The position numbers and the translations under genes were made by a program. 64,000 nt of DNA from Azolla caroliniana (lineage: Eukaryota; Plantae; Polypodiophyta), in the NCBI GenBank assembly GCA_043228905.1, contig JBHGNT010000007.1, positions 20,336,001 to 20,400,000 of the forward strand. Direction: 5' to 3'. Below the pieces are notes generated by a model, which did no database searches, was not told the DNA's origin, and saw only the letters and a program-made list of their open reading frames with translations. Below are positions 33,023-46,139 of this stretch, piece by piece. Each line of letters begins with the position of its first letter. Position 1 is the stretch's first letter.

Positions 33023-33259
33023 ACGCTGGAGTTGGACACCGGCCCGGAGTATGAAGTTGCTGCCATCCTCGATTCCAAACTTCTTCGCAACAAACTTTAC
33101 TATTTGATCGATTGGGTTGGTTATAGTCCGAGCGAACGCACTTGGGAACCTGTCGAGCATGTTGCCAATGCTCAGGATTTGCTTGCTGATTTCCACCGAA
33201 AGTATCCGGACAAACCCGGTCCGCAATCAGCGCCGACTCGTTCCACTCGTCGTCTTTAA
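33023..33259 (+). CDS. integrase C-terminal chromodomain (group I, HP1-like aromatic cage)
   Basis: EYEVAAILDSK...YYLIDWVGYSPSERTWEP. Confidence 0.9.
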   Translation, partial: TLELDTGPEYEVAAILDSKLLRNKLYYLIDWVGYSPSERTWEPVEHVANAQDLLADFHRKYPDKPGPQSAPTRSTRRL

Positions 33260-34284
33260 GGGGGAGATAGTGTCATGAGATGGCAAGACTCGAACCCATG
33301 ACCTTATGGTATATGGGTCGAGTTCTTAACCATCTCACCATCTATTGTAATTCATAGGATATTATTTTCATTTTTGTTTTATTATAAGAAAGTAATGTAT
33401 ATTCCAGATTTCTCTGGAACATTCTAGAAGCTTCAGGATTATTCCTGAGAACACTATAAAAGAAGGCACTAAGCATTATGTTGAACCAAATTGGTTCAAC
33501 ACCAGTCTTAAGCCTCTTAGCCGATTTGTACTTATCTTTCATATAATATAAGAGCTGTTGTCATCATCCTATCTCTCTCTCTCTCTCTCCTTCTCATTTT
33601 CTCTCTCTCGGGAATCTTACGCAGTCCCGTCCTCTTAGTACTAATAGTACTACTCTTCTTAGTACTAATTCCATCTCTGCTTTAGTACTATTCCTGACAC
33701 CTGCACCATCTCGTCTTCCTCTATGGTAACATTGATAGAGGCGAGCGAGTCGCAGATCTCCTTTATCCGGCCCGTGTAGTCTGCCACGGACATGTTCTTC
33801 TGTCGAACATTGCTCAACTCCTGTCTGAGTTGCAGCTTCCGGGCAGTGGTGCTTGCGGCGAAAACCTTTTTCAGGTTCCCCCAAGCATCCTTCGGTGTCT
33901 TAGCATCACGGATGTGGCTGAGCAGCTGATCGCCGACACTGGACGCGAAGCAGTACATCACCCTGCTTGCCGCCTATTCCCATACCGGGAAGACCTTGTG
34001 TGCCGAGTCGGGCGCTGCATCATTCGCTCCTTCGACATAACTCCAGTACCCGTGTCCAAGCAGGTACTGGTGCATCTTGTAAGACCAGGATGCGTAGTTG
34101 CTCCTGTCGAGCTTCTCCACCGGGAGCGACGTAGCCATGCCTCTATCCATGTCTTCTACTGTGTCTGTTTTCGACTTGTTAGGGTTTTCTTCTCAAGAGT
34201 AAATGTTTGCAGCAGAGGTTCTCAACCCTCACGCTTTGATACCATGAAACCGTAAGTGTTTGCGGAAGCATAAAATAGAGAACA

Positions 34285-34331
<47 letters not shown>

Positions 34332-34714
34332 AGAACACAATTTCAAAATTATATCAAGACTCTATATACACACTGTGCTAAGTAGCACTATTTATACAAG
34401 TCCTCTTGGGACTGACAGAAGTACCATGTACTTCAATGCTCACACGAGCATCTGACACTTACTACGAGACTATAGCTACCTAGTAGTCTATCCTATACTA
34501 GGCTTTTGATTGGACTTCCGGTTACGGATTGCACCCGGCCTCCACTGCTTGCCGGTTCGGTTGCTCACCGTCATACCGATCCGTTTCGCCTGATCCGTCT
34601 CGCTTACCTGCTCCGGCTTATTCAGCCGATCCGGCTCCGGTTGAGCTTGCCGCTCAACACACACCATCAAGGATTTCCGTCCAAGAATCGGTGGGAACAA
34701 CCCAACAATTTTCT

Positions 34715-35125
34715 CAACCAAAAAGTAGTGGTGCGACATCGGAATGCATTTCTATCTAGGGGCGCAATGTGATTCACATTGAAGAAGTTGCACACTGTCA
34801 TTTCGTGTATCAAATGATGGATCTCTTGGCACATCAGACATGGACGCTTGATCAAAACATTGTGGTGGCACATTGCTATGAATTTCTATGTGGGAGTGTA
34901 ACATGATTCACATCGAAGTAGTTGCGAACCAATGTTTTGTGTATGGAATGATGGATCTTGTGGCACATCAGACACGGATGCTTGTTCAGAAAGTTGTGGT
35001 GGCACATTGGTATGAACGTCTATCTGGAGCACAATGTGGTTGACATTGAAGAAGTTGTGAACCATCATTTTGTGTATCAGATGATGGATCTCGTGGCACA
35101 TAAGCATGGATGCCTGATCGATAAG
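34715..35125. repeat. degenerate tandem repeat, unit about 133 bp, about 3 copies
   Basis: CACATTGAAGAAGTTG...GATGGATCTC..GGCACAT units begin at about 34775, 34908 and 35042. Confidence 0.8.
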
Positions 35126-35624
35126 ATATCCTAGCCACGTCTCGTTCTGAGTAAATGTCAGGACATGAGGAAACATGAACGTGGAGTTCTTTGATCCGGA
35201 AGTATGCAGATGTCCGCCATGCAACTCGCACACGATTTTAGTGAGTGTTGGATGCATCCATGTGCATATTTTAGCCTCATACAAGTGAAGAGACACTATT
35301 GTTCATACATGAGGAAGCCATTAGTTTCAACAAATTACATAAATAGCCCACTATTAAAATTGAACAAACCCATTATTGTATGTACTCTGTTTTTTTATGT
35401 TCTCCCTCTGCCCCCCCCCCCCCCCCCTCTTCTCCCTCCCTTGTCAGATCTCATCCATGTCTGCATCTTTTTCTCTGCCAATTTCCGCCCTCAATGACGT
35501 CTACATTCTTTAGTTAAGAAGGGTTCTTCTGTTTTTGTTCGTTCTTTCAGAGATTTGGTTGGATTCCTTGATCCCTTTTTTTTTCTTAGTTCATATATTT
35601 GGCTTGATCTGGCCCTTATTTACA

Positions 35625-38600
35625 ATGGTAATTCTTTGAAATATTCTTCAGATTTGTTTTGTTCAGGATCCAGCTTCACAATGATGAGCAAATAACTTCT
35701 TCTTTTCTGCTGTTTTGTTCAAAACCAGGTGGTTTTAGCAGCTTCCATTGTCTCCAAGAATGGAAAAGGTACATGAACTCCTCATTAATTTCTAATGTCC
35801 TGTGAATCATTGTTATTATTTAAGGTTTCTAAGTAGTAGATCTGGTTTTTGTTGCTGTTTTATCGGCTCTTGTATATGAATGTTCTATAAATGACTAGAT
35901 CTGGTTGATGGGGTTCAGTTATAGATTAATCTATATAGATCTAGTAAAGCCAACATGTATATTTACACAATCAATGAGCTAGAGCTGGATTAGATGCTTG
36001 TGTACTGCTGGATATATATATGTATGCCTATATTTATGTATAGATACGTAGGCATAGGTATAGGCATAGATGTAGAGGCACTTGCTCTATGTCTTTCTAT
36101 ACAATTGATGTTGACGTGGACATTGCCATTGATGTGAGTATACAGATATTGAGATAGACATGGGTTGACATAAACTTGGTTATGTGTAGATATGGATATG
36201 GAAATGGATGTTGGAATACATATACATAGATATGAATAAACAAGAACATTGTGTGATTATTTATGGTAATGATGGTTAGGTATGGTCATAGGATATGTGC
36301 AGATATTGATACTGTGCACGTATACTTAAATTTCATTCTTATCTTTCAAATTCATTAGTATTGTGGAACAGTTGTTCTATTGATATTCGTTTGAACCACT
36401 CTTTATGGTTATAAAGGATCTCTCTGTAGTGACCTATCTTACCAAATTTCAGTTGTGTTACCTGCTTTGGTTCGGTGTAAAAACTTCCTTGGGTGGTACA
36501 TAACTTTCTATAGCATTTTTAGCTTGCCCGAAAACCTGGCTGTTTACAAGAATTCCCACACTTTCTTTCATGAGTAATATTGGCACTCGAGTTTAACCAC
36601 ATTTTTATTACAATCCATAACGGTCAAGGGCAATTTGACTTTCAAGAAAGAAACCTTTAGTTGCTGTATTGAGAAGTAATAGATTAGGCATTGCTAACTA
36701 GATGGCTGAGCCTCTTGAAATTTCTAAAGATATCCTTCCAAGTTGTATGGGTTTTACTTGGATGAATGTGGTTATTTCCCAATGCTGATTGTGGAGAAGG
36801 GATTTTGTAAAGCCAGTTTTCCAGAGCAAACTGGGTTATGCACATGATTTCATATTAAAAAAATACGTAGAGTTTTATTTTGAGCTCAATGTCAAATACA
36901 TTGCGCAATACTTGAACCCGCAAACTTAGTTTTGCAAAGCACAAGCTATACTGTAAGATTTAAGAAATTTAATAAGGGAATCTTGTGAATTTTCATAAGC
37001 AATAAGTAATTAGATTGAATTGATGGTGAGGTCTAAGGTTTTTTATATGATGGATAAAGGGAATGCTGTCACATTGTCGTTACTGTGTAAAGTCTTGGTT
37101 TTGTGTTTTCACAAATTAACTTGCATTGCAGTCCTACTCTCTCGACAATTTGCAAATTTTACTCGAATACGGATTGAAGGGCTGCTTGCAGCTTTTCCAA
37201 AGTTGATTGTTGGTGAAAAGCAACATACATATGTAGAGGCCGAAAATGTTCGCTATGTTTATCAACCCTTAGAGTTGCTCTATGTACTGTTGGTTACTAA
37301 CAAACAAAGTAATATAGTTGAAGACCTTGAAACCGTGAGGTTACTCTCAAAAATTGTATCCGCCATAAATTGTATATACATATATATATTATATTTTCAT
37401 TGATGGAATTTGGGCATGAACTAAGGAAAAACACTACAGTACCCTTAACTTGGTCATTTATCATAATACCCCTAACTTCTTGGTCATTTACTTGTAATAC
37501 CTGTGAGTAGTCATAAGTTTTGGACTACAAAGGGGCATTCTTGTAAATTTTAAAAGTTTGGGTTATTCTGGTAAACACTAAACAAATTGGGGGTATTTTG
37601 GTGTTTAACCCCATCAACCATTACTGGAGGCTTTAACCATTTCTAGGTGCCCGAGTTCTGTCCGAATTTGGAAGAGGAAGCAATCAGTTCGATGGCTTTT
37701 GAGCTCATTTTTGCCATTGATGAACTGATTTCCTCGGGACACAAGGAGAATGTGACCATGGCTCAGGTGAAGCAATATCTAGAGATGGAGAGCCACGAAG
37801 AGAGACTTCATAAGCTTGTTGTGCAGAGCAAGATTGATGAAGCAAAAGATGTGATGATGCGGAAAGCTAATGCGATCGACAAAAACAAGGTATTATAGGA
37901 AAAAAGAGAAAAGGTTTTCAGTTTGAAATTCGCATCCTGCTTAAAATATTAATTTTTATTGCTGAGGGTAGCTGGAGAAGCAGCGGTCTGAGGCCATGAG
38001 CTATATTCCGCAGTCAAATGGTTCTAGTAGGTATGAGAATGGGTATCAAGATAATGGCAAAGCATATGGAAATGGTAGCTCTGGAAGTTTGTCTAAGTTT
38101 GGTTCTCTGGATTCTTCTATTCCCAAGACATCAGGTAAAATATTGTCCAATGTTTCCTATTTCTGGGTATATATTATCTTCAATTTTCTAGTAAAATTGT
38201 GTCAAAATATTTTTTATATTTGCAGTTAAAAGTCAAATTGTTTTTATTTTGTTAATTTTAATTTTAATTTTTCACATCATGGTCTGAACCTCTAGGGCAA
38301 TTGTTTCATATCTAGGGCAAAGTCATCGTGACTAAGTGAATTTTTGTACTATTACGTCACGCATGGCAATTCTAGCAAATCTTTTATGTAGCATTCTAAA
38401 ACCTTGTCCCATAAAATGTAAAAAATGGCAAAAAGGAAATGAAAACCAATGGCAGTTAATCGTACATTTATTTTCTTCATGTGAAAAAGCAAAAGAAGGA
38501 AAAAAAAATAGAGAACCTCATCCAGCGTGAGTTTTTTGAAAAGTTGTGTTTTTTTGACACCTTTTGTTTTTTTTTATCCATGATGTGTAGCTAAGGCCTC

Positions 38601-40544
38601 CACTCCTCTTTCAACGCCCTCTAGCAATGGAGGAATGAAGCTTGGCAAAGGGCAAGGAACGAAACAGTTATTGGATTCTCTGAAAGCAGAGGGTGAAGAC
38701 ATTGTAGAAGATGTCCAGTACTCTGTTCCTGGTCCTGTGAAAACTGCTTTTGTTGCCACTGATTTGGTCACCGTGAACATTGAAGAGAAGCTTAATGTAA
38801 CACTGAAACGGGATGGTGGAGTAGAGAATTTCGAATTGCAGGGCACGATGACACTGGTTGTTCAGAGTAATGAACATGGAAAAATTTACCTTCAGGTTCT
38901 TCTCCTTTCATTTTGTTTTGTGTGATGGGCATTCTAAGTAAAGGATTTTTTTTCTCCTAACAGTTTCTTTTTTATCTCAAGGTTATCCGGAAATTATTTG
39001 GCTGTTTATTTGAAGAATGGAGTTTCTTTTTAAAGACTTACCTGAATTTTGTTCTGAATAATAGAAGTCTTTACTAGTAATATTTGCTGAAAACTAAAGT
39101 AAATATTTTAAAAGTTGAAAGATTAGTCCAATATTTCTACACTTTTGTAGGGTAACATTGTAATCTAAGTGCTGTGTGATTCATCTTTTTACTTCCTCCA
39201 CAGGTAGAGACTGGTCCCAATGAGAATGTGCAATTGAAGACACACCCTCGCATTGATAAAGATGCATTTATAAAGGACAAGATAATTGGTTTAAAGAACA
39301 CAAGTGCCTCTTTTCCAGTTGGGACACCCCTTGATGTGTTGAAGTGGCGGTCTCAAAGCCGAGATGAGTCGTTGATACCTCTCAACAGTGAGTGTTTTTG
39401 AGTTTTTTTCTTAGGCAAACTTTCTTGAATACCCCTAGTGCTAACATGGATATATACTGGAGCGCCAACATTTGACCAGAATATCCCCAAGTGTTTGAAA
39501 ACTACTTGAATACCCCCCAAATTTTCAAATTTTACTCTTAGATTTTGAAAGAGCTACCAGATTACCCCTAATATTAGTGTAATTAGGTCTGTTTTTGAGA
39601 CCAGGGGAAAGTCGTTGAAGCTAGTACAGAGAGGGGTATTATGGTGATTTCTCTGAACTTGGGGATATTCTGGGTATAAATACCCAATGCGTTATAGTAG
39701 GAATACATTGGGTGTTTCCCACTCTACCCCCTTAATTTCTTCCTTTACTATAGGCATTTTTAGACTTGGTATTGGAACATTGGATTGATATTTTCACGGA
39801 ATCCACTTTTCATTGTCTCTCTTTTTCATAGTCAATTGTTGGCCATCGGTTTCCCGCAACGAGACAGTGGTGAACATTGAATATGAAGCATTGAAATCCT
39901 TTGAGCTCAAGAATGTTGTTATCAGTATTCCTCTCCCAGCTCTACGAGATGCCCCTGTTGTAAACCAAGTTGATGGAGATTGGCGGTTAGTCGACACTCT
40001 TAGTCCACATATTCTAAATATTTTCCTTGAAATATGTTTAAAATTTGCGTTACTGTCTATGCTGGAGTAGTGCTCTTATATATCTGCTATCTCTATGATG
40101 TCTGCATGGATTGGAGTTATATGCAGTAATGCAAATGACTTGTTTGTTGATTCTGCAGTTACGATTCGAGGAAATCAGTCTTGGAATGGTCTATTCTCCT
40201 CATTGACAACAGTAACAGAAGGTATATATTGCAATATTGAAAAAAAAATAAAAATCATTCCCTATATATGTGTATGATATCAAAATTTTATTTTATAAAC
40301 ATATATCAATCATTTATTTAATCATGTAATAGTTTTTTTTACTCATTTTAGTAGCATTGTTTTTTTATACAGTGGGTCCATGGAGTTTTTGGTACCGACA
40401 TCTGACCCCTCAGCTTTCTTTCCAATCGATGTCAAGTTTTCCGCTTCCAAATTTTTTTGCAATGTTAAGGTGTGCTTTCTTTCCTAGAATTCTACTTATA
40501 CATATATACATATATACATATATACATATATACATGTATACATG

Positions 40545-40589
<45 letters not shown>

Positions 40590-40714
40590 GCCTAAACCTA
40601 TATGAATATTTTTATGTAAAACAGCTTGCAGGCATCACTGATGTTGATAGTGGAAACAATGTGAAGTATGGTGGACAGACGCAATTGTCAGTCGAGAGTT
40701 ACCAAGTTGTGTAA
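35625..40714 (+). CDS. delta-COP: coatomer subunit delta (delta-COP, ARCN1/RET2 homologue), 521 aa. Exons 35625-35627, 35729-35768, 37132-37355, 37647-37889, 37972-38134, 38591-38895, 39204-39387, 39832-39985, 40159-40221, 40373-40469, 40625-40714.
   Basis: [35 protein letters not shown]; MESHEERLH; mu-homology domain with [33 protein letters not shown]. All introns are GT-AG and exon lengths sum to 1566 nt in frame. Confidence 0.95.
37424..37611. mobile_element. probable Mutator-like MITE in delta-COP intron 3
   Basis: Imperfect inverted ends GGAAAAACACTACAGTACCC / GGGTATTTTGGTGTTTAACCC, with internal AATACCCC/GGGGTATT motifs. Confidence 0.55.
39414..39720. mobile_element. probable Mutator-like MITE in delta-COP intron 7
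   Basis: Left half has repeated GAATACCCC and right half repeated GGGG(T/A)ATT, giving a foldback layout with GG...CC ends. Confidence 0.55.
40497..40590. repeat. (CATATA)n microsatellite in delta-COP intron 10
   Basis: Direct read. Confidence 0.9.
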
Positions 40715-40873
40715 AACTATATATTGTTGTCCGGATACATAGGAGTCTTTTTCCTAGAGCTATAAGTGTCCTTTTTGTATTTGTTCATTTTGATACATGT
40801 TGATGATGACGCCCCACCCTTGTTTTCTTTCTCAATCTCATTTGTCTTTCTTTTTGCAAGGGGAGCTCAAACC

Positions 40874-40914
<41 letters not shown>

Positions 40915-42869
40915 CCTTATTTAATGGAAAAAACTCCACAAAAAAACAAAAAGTTCTCAATAATTCTATAAATTTGTTAAGCACAAGTGTGATGTGAAGA
41001 CACTCTTGAATCCTCTTTCGAAACCTGTTTCAGTTAAGCTAAGGTCTTTTTGTTCTTATTTTTTAATGGATTATGTTGAGTTCAAGATTGACACATGGAT
41101 ACTAAAACCTACCTAACAAAAGAGTCATTTGCACACTTTCCAATTCTTGTAGCCTATTGAACATTGACTAATTAACTTTTAATCATATTGAAATTGAATT
41201 CAATTATAAAGATACAAATAATTCATAATGAATTTTTGATGGAAAATTATGATGAGCTTGTATAGGTTTTAAACCCTCATTTGGAGAACCAATTTGGCTT
41301 AATTTTGCCACTTTGGATTTTTTTTATGAAGAACAGCGACCTCCATGAGAATTTCAACTCTTGGAAAGCTTGCTAGCCCTTTCAATATTGCTGTTGATCG
41401 TTAATTAACAGAATATAAAGATAGTAGATAGACTAATCTTGGGTGTAATGTGCCATTTCCAAAAAGTAAAGCTTGTATATAGTGCTCCCATGATGGTCTT
41501 TATTGAGGAAAGAAAGCAGACAAGGGGTAAATCACTCATTGTAGCTTGTCAATGAGAAGATATAACTTTAGATTTGATGCAATGCAAATTGTATTTGTGG
41601 TATATGAAGTGTACAATTTGAATACCAACTAAGGAAGTAAGCATGTTTGAAAATTTGCCGACACTATTGTGATGTATTGTGTTCATGGGAGAAAAAGTGT
41701 TGAACTCCAAGTTTATGGAAAGTTAAAGATAGGTCAAAGGTAAGATCAAAAGGAAATGTGATGGAATGAGCCTCAAATGACCTTGGTTCAAGAACTCCTA
41801 GAGGTGTGCACCCCCTCACTTAGGGCCTCACGTCCCCTCTCCAAGGGACGCATGTCTCAAAGACATCAATATAACAACTCCAAACAACCCACGCTCTCTG
41901 GTTAGAGCTCGATGTCCTGCTCATGTTACACATCCATGCATATATTTTCACGACAATGCAATCTTTGAAACATGGTTAACTAAAATAACGCATTATCTTC
42001 TTGTAGTTGTCCATATACTTGTGGCCAAAAAGGAGATGAGAATTTTGGTCTCATATGAAGCTCTCAAAATAGATTTACCATCCTTGAGTCTCAATAATTG
42101 GGCATCCCACGTTTCTAAAAGCTATTATGCATAAATATTTTGATGATGCATTCTCGTTTTGATGGGAATGGAATGGGTTCACTGGCTAAAATAATCCATC
42201 TAGGCCAATATAAGTAGTTTCACTTAGGAGATTCCTATCAATTTCCAATGAATGACATTTTAGTTGTCACAATTTACTTACATATTTCTTAACAAATGAT
42301 TCTAAAGGGATAAAGGGGCCTTTGCTATTCAAGGAGCTAAAAGATTAAATTGCACCATTTTATAATTCCCTTAAATTTCTTGTACTTAGTTAAACAAAGG
42401 AATCTTAAGAGATAATCTCTATTGATCTATCTTATTCTGTGAGTGTTTGTTGCTACTTCATTCACTTCTTACACACTCTTGGTTTAGAACTCTAATAGTT
42501 CCACCTAGTGCACATGTATCCCATGATTTCATGAATGATAATAGGCATATAAGATATTCCCATTCCCATGATGATGGTCCTTGTCAGTTACCTAAGTGCT
42601 GGGAGGATGTGCTTGACACTTCTATTCAATTGGAGAACCTTCTTCAAACCTTGCCACCACAAGTTAATAGAATGAATGTTGAATGATCACTCAACATTCT
42701 TGATCTTAACATCCAAGAAACCATTTGATTCTTCATGTTACCTCAAAATTTGCTCTCATAACCAAAATTTGAGGCAACATTATGACCCTAAGAATGTGAT
42801 TGACTCATGTAGCCATCTGTAACCTTCAAACAAGCCCCTTCATCCATGTTCACCAAACATACATTTCTC

Positions 42870-43215
42870 AACTATCTCACCCCAGACATGACAAAGTTTT
42901 TGAGGTTTTCCTTGACGATGTCAAGCATGCAATTGCCCCTAGTTAATTTTCAACGCGTCCACCGTACCATGCTCTCAAGCTCCAACGATTCTTCTTTCCT
43001 CCACAGATATCATTGCATCCCTGACGTCCACACCTCACCCTAAACTATCTCACTCCGGACATGACAAAGTTTTTGAGGTTTGCCTTGACGATGTCAAGCA
43101 TGCAATTGTCCCTAGTTAATTTTCAATGCGTCCACCGTACCATGCTCTCAAGCTCCAACGATTCTTCTTTCCTCCACGAAGATATCATTACATCCCTGAC
43201 ATCCACACCTCACCC
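42870..43215. repeat. tandem duplication, period about 173 bp
   Basis: AACTATCTCAC...GACATGACAAAGTTTTTGAGG...CACACCTCACCC occurs twice; near-identical ORFs at 42846 and 43061. Confidence 0.9.
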
Positions 43216-43384
43216 ACCCTCAACTATCATTACTCCCCAATACCTTCTACTACTCAATGCCAACTCCTTTTCCCTCCCTATCATTGACCCCTAAATCCTA
43301 ATTTCCACACCCCTCATTCCATCTCTACACTTGAAGGTATCCTCTTCACACATCCCAATCTCTTCCCTTGTCTTATCCATAACT

Positions 43385-44235
43385 CAATCGAGTCAAACAG
43401 AGAGTGAGAGAGCTTAGTGAGATAGAGAACAAGAAGCTATATTAGCAAAAGATAAAAATACATCCAATAGTAACTTAGTACAAAAGGGTTGGTTTAAATA
43501 CCATCTAACTTAGGGCAATTGCCCTTTCTACTATTTACAAAACTAGCATGAACCTAGGGGGTCCGTTGCTAGTGTGAAAGCCATTGCATTGGGGAAGTTG
43601 GGTTTGATTCTCAACACGCCTCTTCAAACACAACTTCCGGTCGCCGGAAAGTCTTCTTGTTGTTTGGTTCGTTTTGACTTTCAGAATCCCTCGGCTCTGT
43701 GTCCATATGGTTGGTCGGATCGGCTTCAATTGTTCTCCTTCGTTCAACTACTTGGTGCTCCTTGTTCGATTAGCTTGGCTTGTTTGGCATTGTGCTTCGA
43801 CTCCCCTTGGTCAGCTTCAATCGACTGATTGGCTGCAAAGTTGTCGTCGGTGGTGTTGTACTCCCCCTCAAGCTCGACAATGCGGCTATCATTAGGCCAA
43901 GATCCAGCATGAATTTCCTGAGCTTGTCAACTCCTAAGGCTTTTGTGAAGATGTCGGCTACTTGAGGGTTCATGCTTATGTGTTGCAGGTCGACATCTCC
44001 AACCACAACGCGCTCTCGGAGTGATAATGCACTTTGATATGCTTCGTGCGCACATGGAACACCAGGTTTCGAGCCAAATGAATGCTGCTCATGTTGTCGT
44101 AGTATAGGAGAATTGGATCCTTGATGGGAACGCCTAGATCCTTTAATATTCTTTTAAGCCAAACGGCTTCACATACAACGACGACCACGCCCCTATATTC
44201 GGCTTCTGTGCTCGATAGTGTGACTGTTAGTACCA
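43385..44235 (-). mobile_element. copia 3' fragment (RNase H, double PPT, 3' LTR with inner boundary at 43616; outer boundary uncertain)
   Basis: LSSTEAEYRG...VADIFTKALG; PPT-like sequences at 43861-43872 and 43617-43628. Confidence 0.8.
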
Positions 44236-46131
44236 TTTTGTAATGGAGAGAGTGCAAACTTTGGGTCTATTTCCCGTAGCGACAATGCTCGCAGAAGTCC
44301 GTCTTCGCTGGGAGTTTCGGGATGTAGCCAACCGCCATCAGCCGATCTTGATTGGCTTGAGACATATGGTTGAGTCAACCATGCCATAGGTTCAAGTCAG
44401 TCTTTTCGGCTACATTCACGACCCCTTCTGGATTGATCGCCATCATTGGGTACAAGTTGTTCAGGTTTAGGGTATCCGCTTCCTATCTTCAGGTTTCCAT
44501 GACTGATCATCCATGTTGACTCGTTCAGAGTTGTTTTGTACCCGTCTTAGGCTAACATGCCGATGGAGACCATACTCCTTTTCAGTGTGGGTACATGCCG
44601 CAGTTGGTGTAGGACAATTGTGTTACCATTTGATAGGTGAATCGGTACTTCGCCAATTCCTGCAATTCTACATTCTTGCCGATTGCCTAGTCGGACTATG
44701 CCGCTGGCGCCGACTGAATAGTTTGAGAACCATTTGATGTTGGGGGTCATGTGAAATGTGGCACCGGAGTCTAGTAATCACGTGTGTGCGTCCTGCGCAC
44801 TGTAGAGGACTTCTTTGATCATCGAGTTCTCTAAGGAGAGGATTTCTCTTGATCGGGTGTCAACAACATTGACTTGGTTGCCGACTGGAGAGTGGTTCGA
44901 GTCGGATTGTCCTCGATTCCGCTTGGATCGCCGACCACTCTTTCCTCTTGATTGACTAGTAGTTGGAAAAATTGTGACCGACTTTTCTGCAATGGGTGCA
45001 GAATTCGCCTTATCGGCCTATTCTCGACTTCGACCGTTGTCGGTCTCCCCTAGTTTTCAACCGATTGATATTCCGACAAGTTCTGTCAGCTTGTTCTTTC
45101 GATCTACTCGGTCGGTCAATCGACTCGGTCGAGTGGTGGGCTTCTGCCGGTTCGTCGATGGTGAGTCCCATCGATTTTCGCTAAAATCCTCGATGAGGAC
45201 TTGGCCGATCGTCTCATCTAGATTTAGGATCGGACGACTATTGGCGAATGTCATGTAGAATACCTCCCAACTCGCCGAAAAGCTTGATAGGAGGGCAAGG
45301 GCTTTAACTTCTTCTTCAAAGTTAATCCCTTGGGAGGAGAGTTCAGACAACACCTGACTGAAGGTGTTGATGTGGGAGGTGGCTAGATCGGTCTCTCTAG
45401 TCTTCAAGTTGAATAGTTGTCTTATCAATATCACTTTCGATGATGAGGACTTCTTCTCGTATACAACTTGTAGCTTCTCCCATAGTGAGAACGCTGTTGT
45501 CTCTTTTGCCATGCTGATGTAGATGTTTTCGGCTAGGTGCATCCGAATGGTGGAGCGGGCAATTTCATCTCTTGATCTCCATTCTTCGGCTGACATTGAA
45601 GCAAGCTTTTTGCTGTGCTAGATGGCTTTGACCTATCTTTGAATGATCAATACGTCCTGCATCATCTCCTTCCATAGGGCAAAGTTTTTGCCATCGAACT
45701 TTCGGATCTCAACTTCTGTACCAGATGTTGAAGCCATGTTCTTTATGGAAGTAAGATTCACTAACCTGGTCTTTTTTTTCTAGGTTTTTATGTTGTTTGT
45801 TGCCTCTGAACAAGAAGTCGCTCTGATACCAGTTGTTGGATATGGTGTTTTGAATGTACGCGGAAGTATGTGATGACCTGTCAGTTATGCACAACAGACA
45901 ACACAGATAGTATGACAGAGAAGACGGTAGGTAGACAAGCTCTAAGCTTTAATGGAAGCTGTCGTTATTTTTGTTATCTCTCTCTCTCTCTACAAGACTC
46001 AAGATACAAGAATGATCAAACAACACGTATTACAATGTTAGGTTTGGGCTTATATACTCAAGCCCTAACTATTGGACGTGTTCACACTAGTAAGGATACA
46101 AAATGGAAGGAGTCGGCCTTTTATGCCAACA
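44236..46131 (-). mobile_element. copia 5' fragment of a Tnt1/Tork-like lineage (LTR 45834-46131, PBS 45820-45831, degenerate gag-PR)
   Basis: TGTTGG...CCAACA LTR; TGGTATCAGAGC; gag KFDGKNFALWK...ARSTIRMHLAE...LWEKLQ; LDSGATFHMT protease. Confidence 0.85.
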
Positions 46132-46139
46132 TATATAAA

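Larger units (their letters stand above)
27595..33699 (+). mobile_element. Ty3/gypsy chromovirus of Tcn1/sushi-like type, young (LTRs 27595-28025 and 33271-33699, TSD CCTGC), nested in copia B gag
   Basis: TGTCA...TGACA LTRs differing only in the CT tract. CCTGC at 27590-27594 and 33700-33704. PPT AAGGGGGAGATAG at 33258-33270. PEG10/sushi-like gag and group I chromodomain. No tRNA PBS. Confidence 0.95.
22615..34659 (-). mobile_element. full-length Ty1/copia element B (5' LTR 34245-34659, 3' LTR 22615-23017, TSD CACAC), interrupted in gag by a gypsy element
   Basis: LTRs differ by about 7 substitutions plus (GA)n length. PBS at 34233-34244. PPT at 23018-23029. gag ATG at 34150, continuing through 27594-26799, INT 26783-25338 and RT/RH 25387-23012, with nonsense and frameshift lesions. 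Confidence 0.96.

Noticed and set aside
41780-41940. Possible SINE or structured RNA
   Set aside because: GC-richer patch, but no convincing A/B boxes, tail or TSD.
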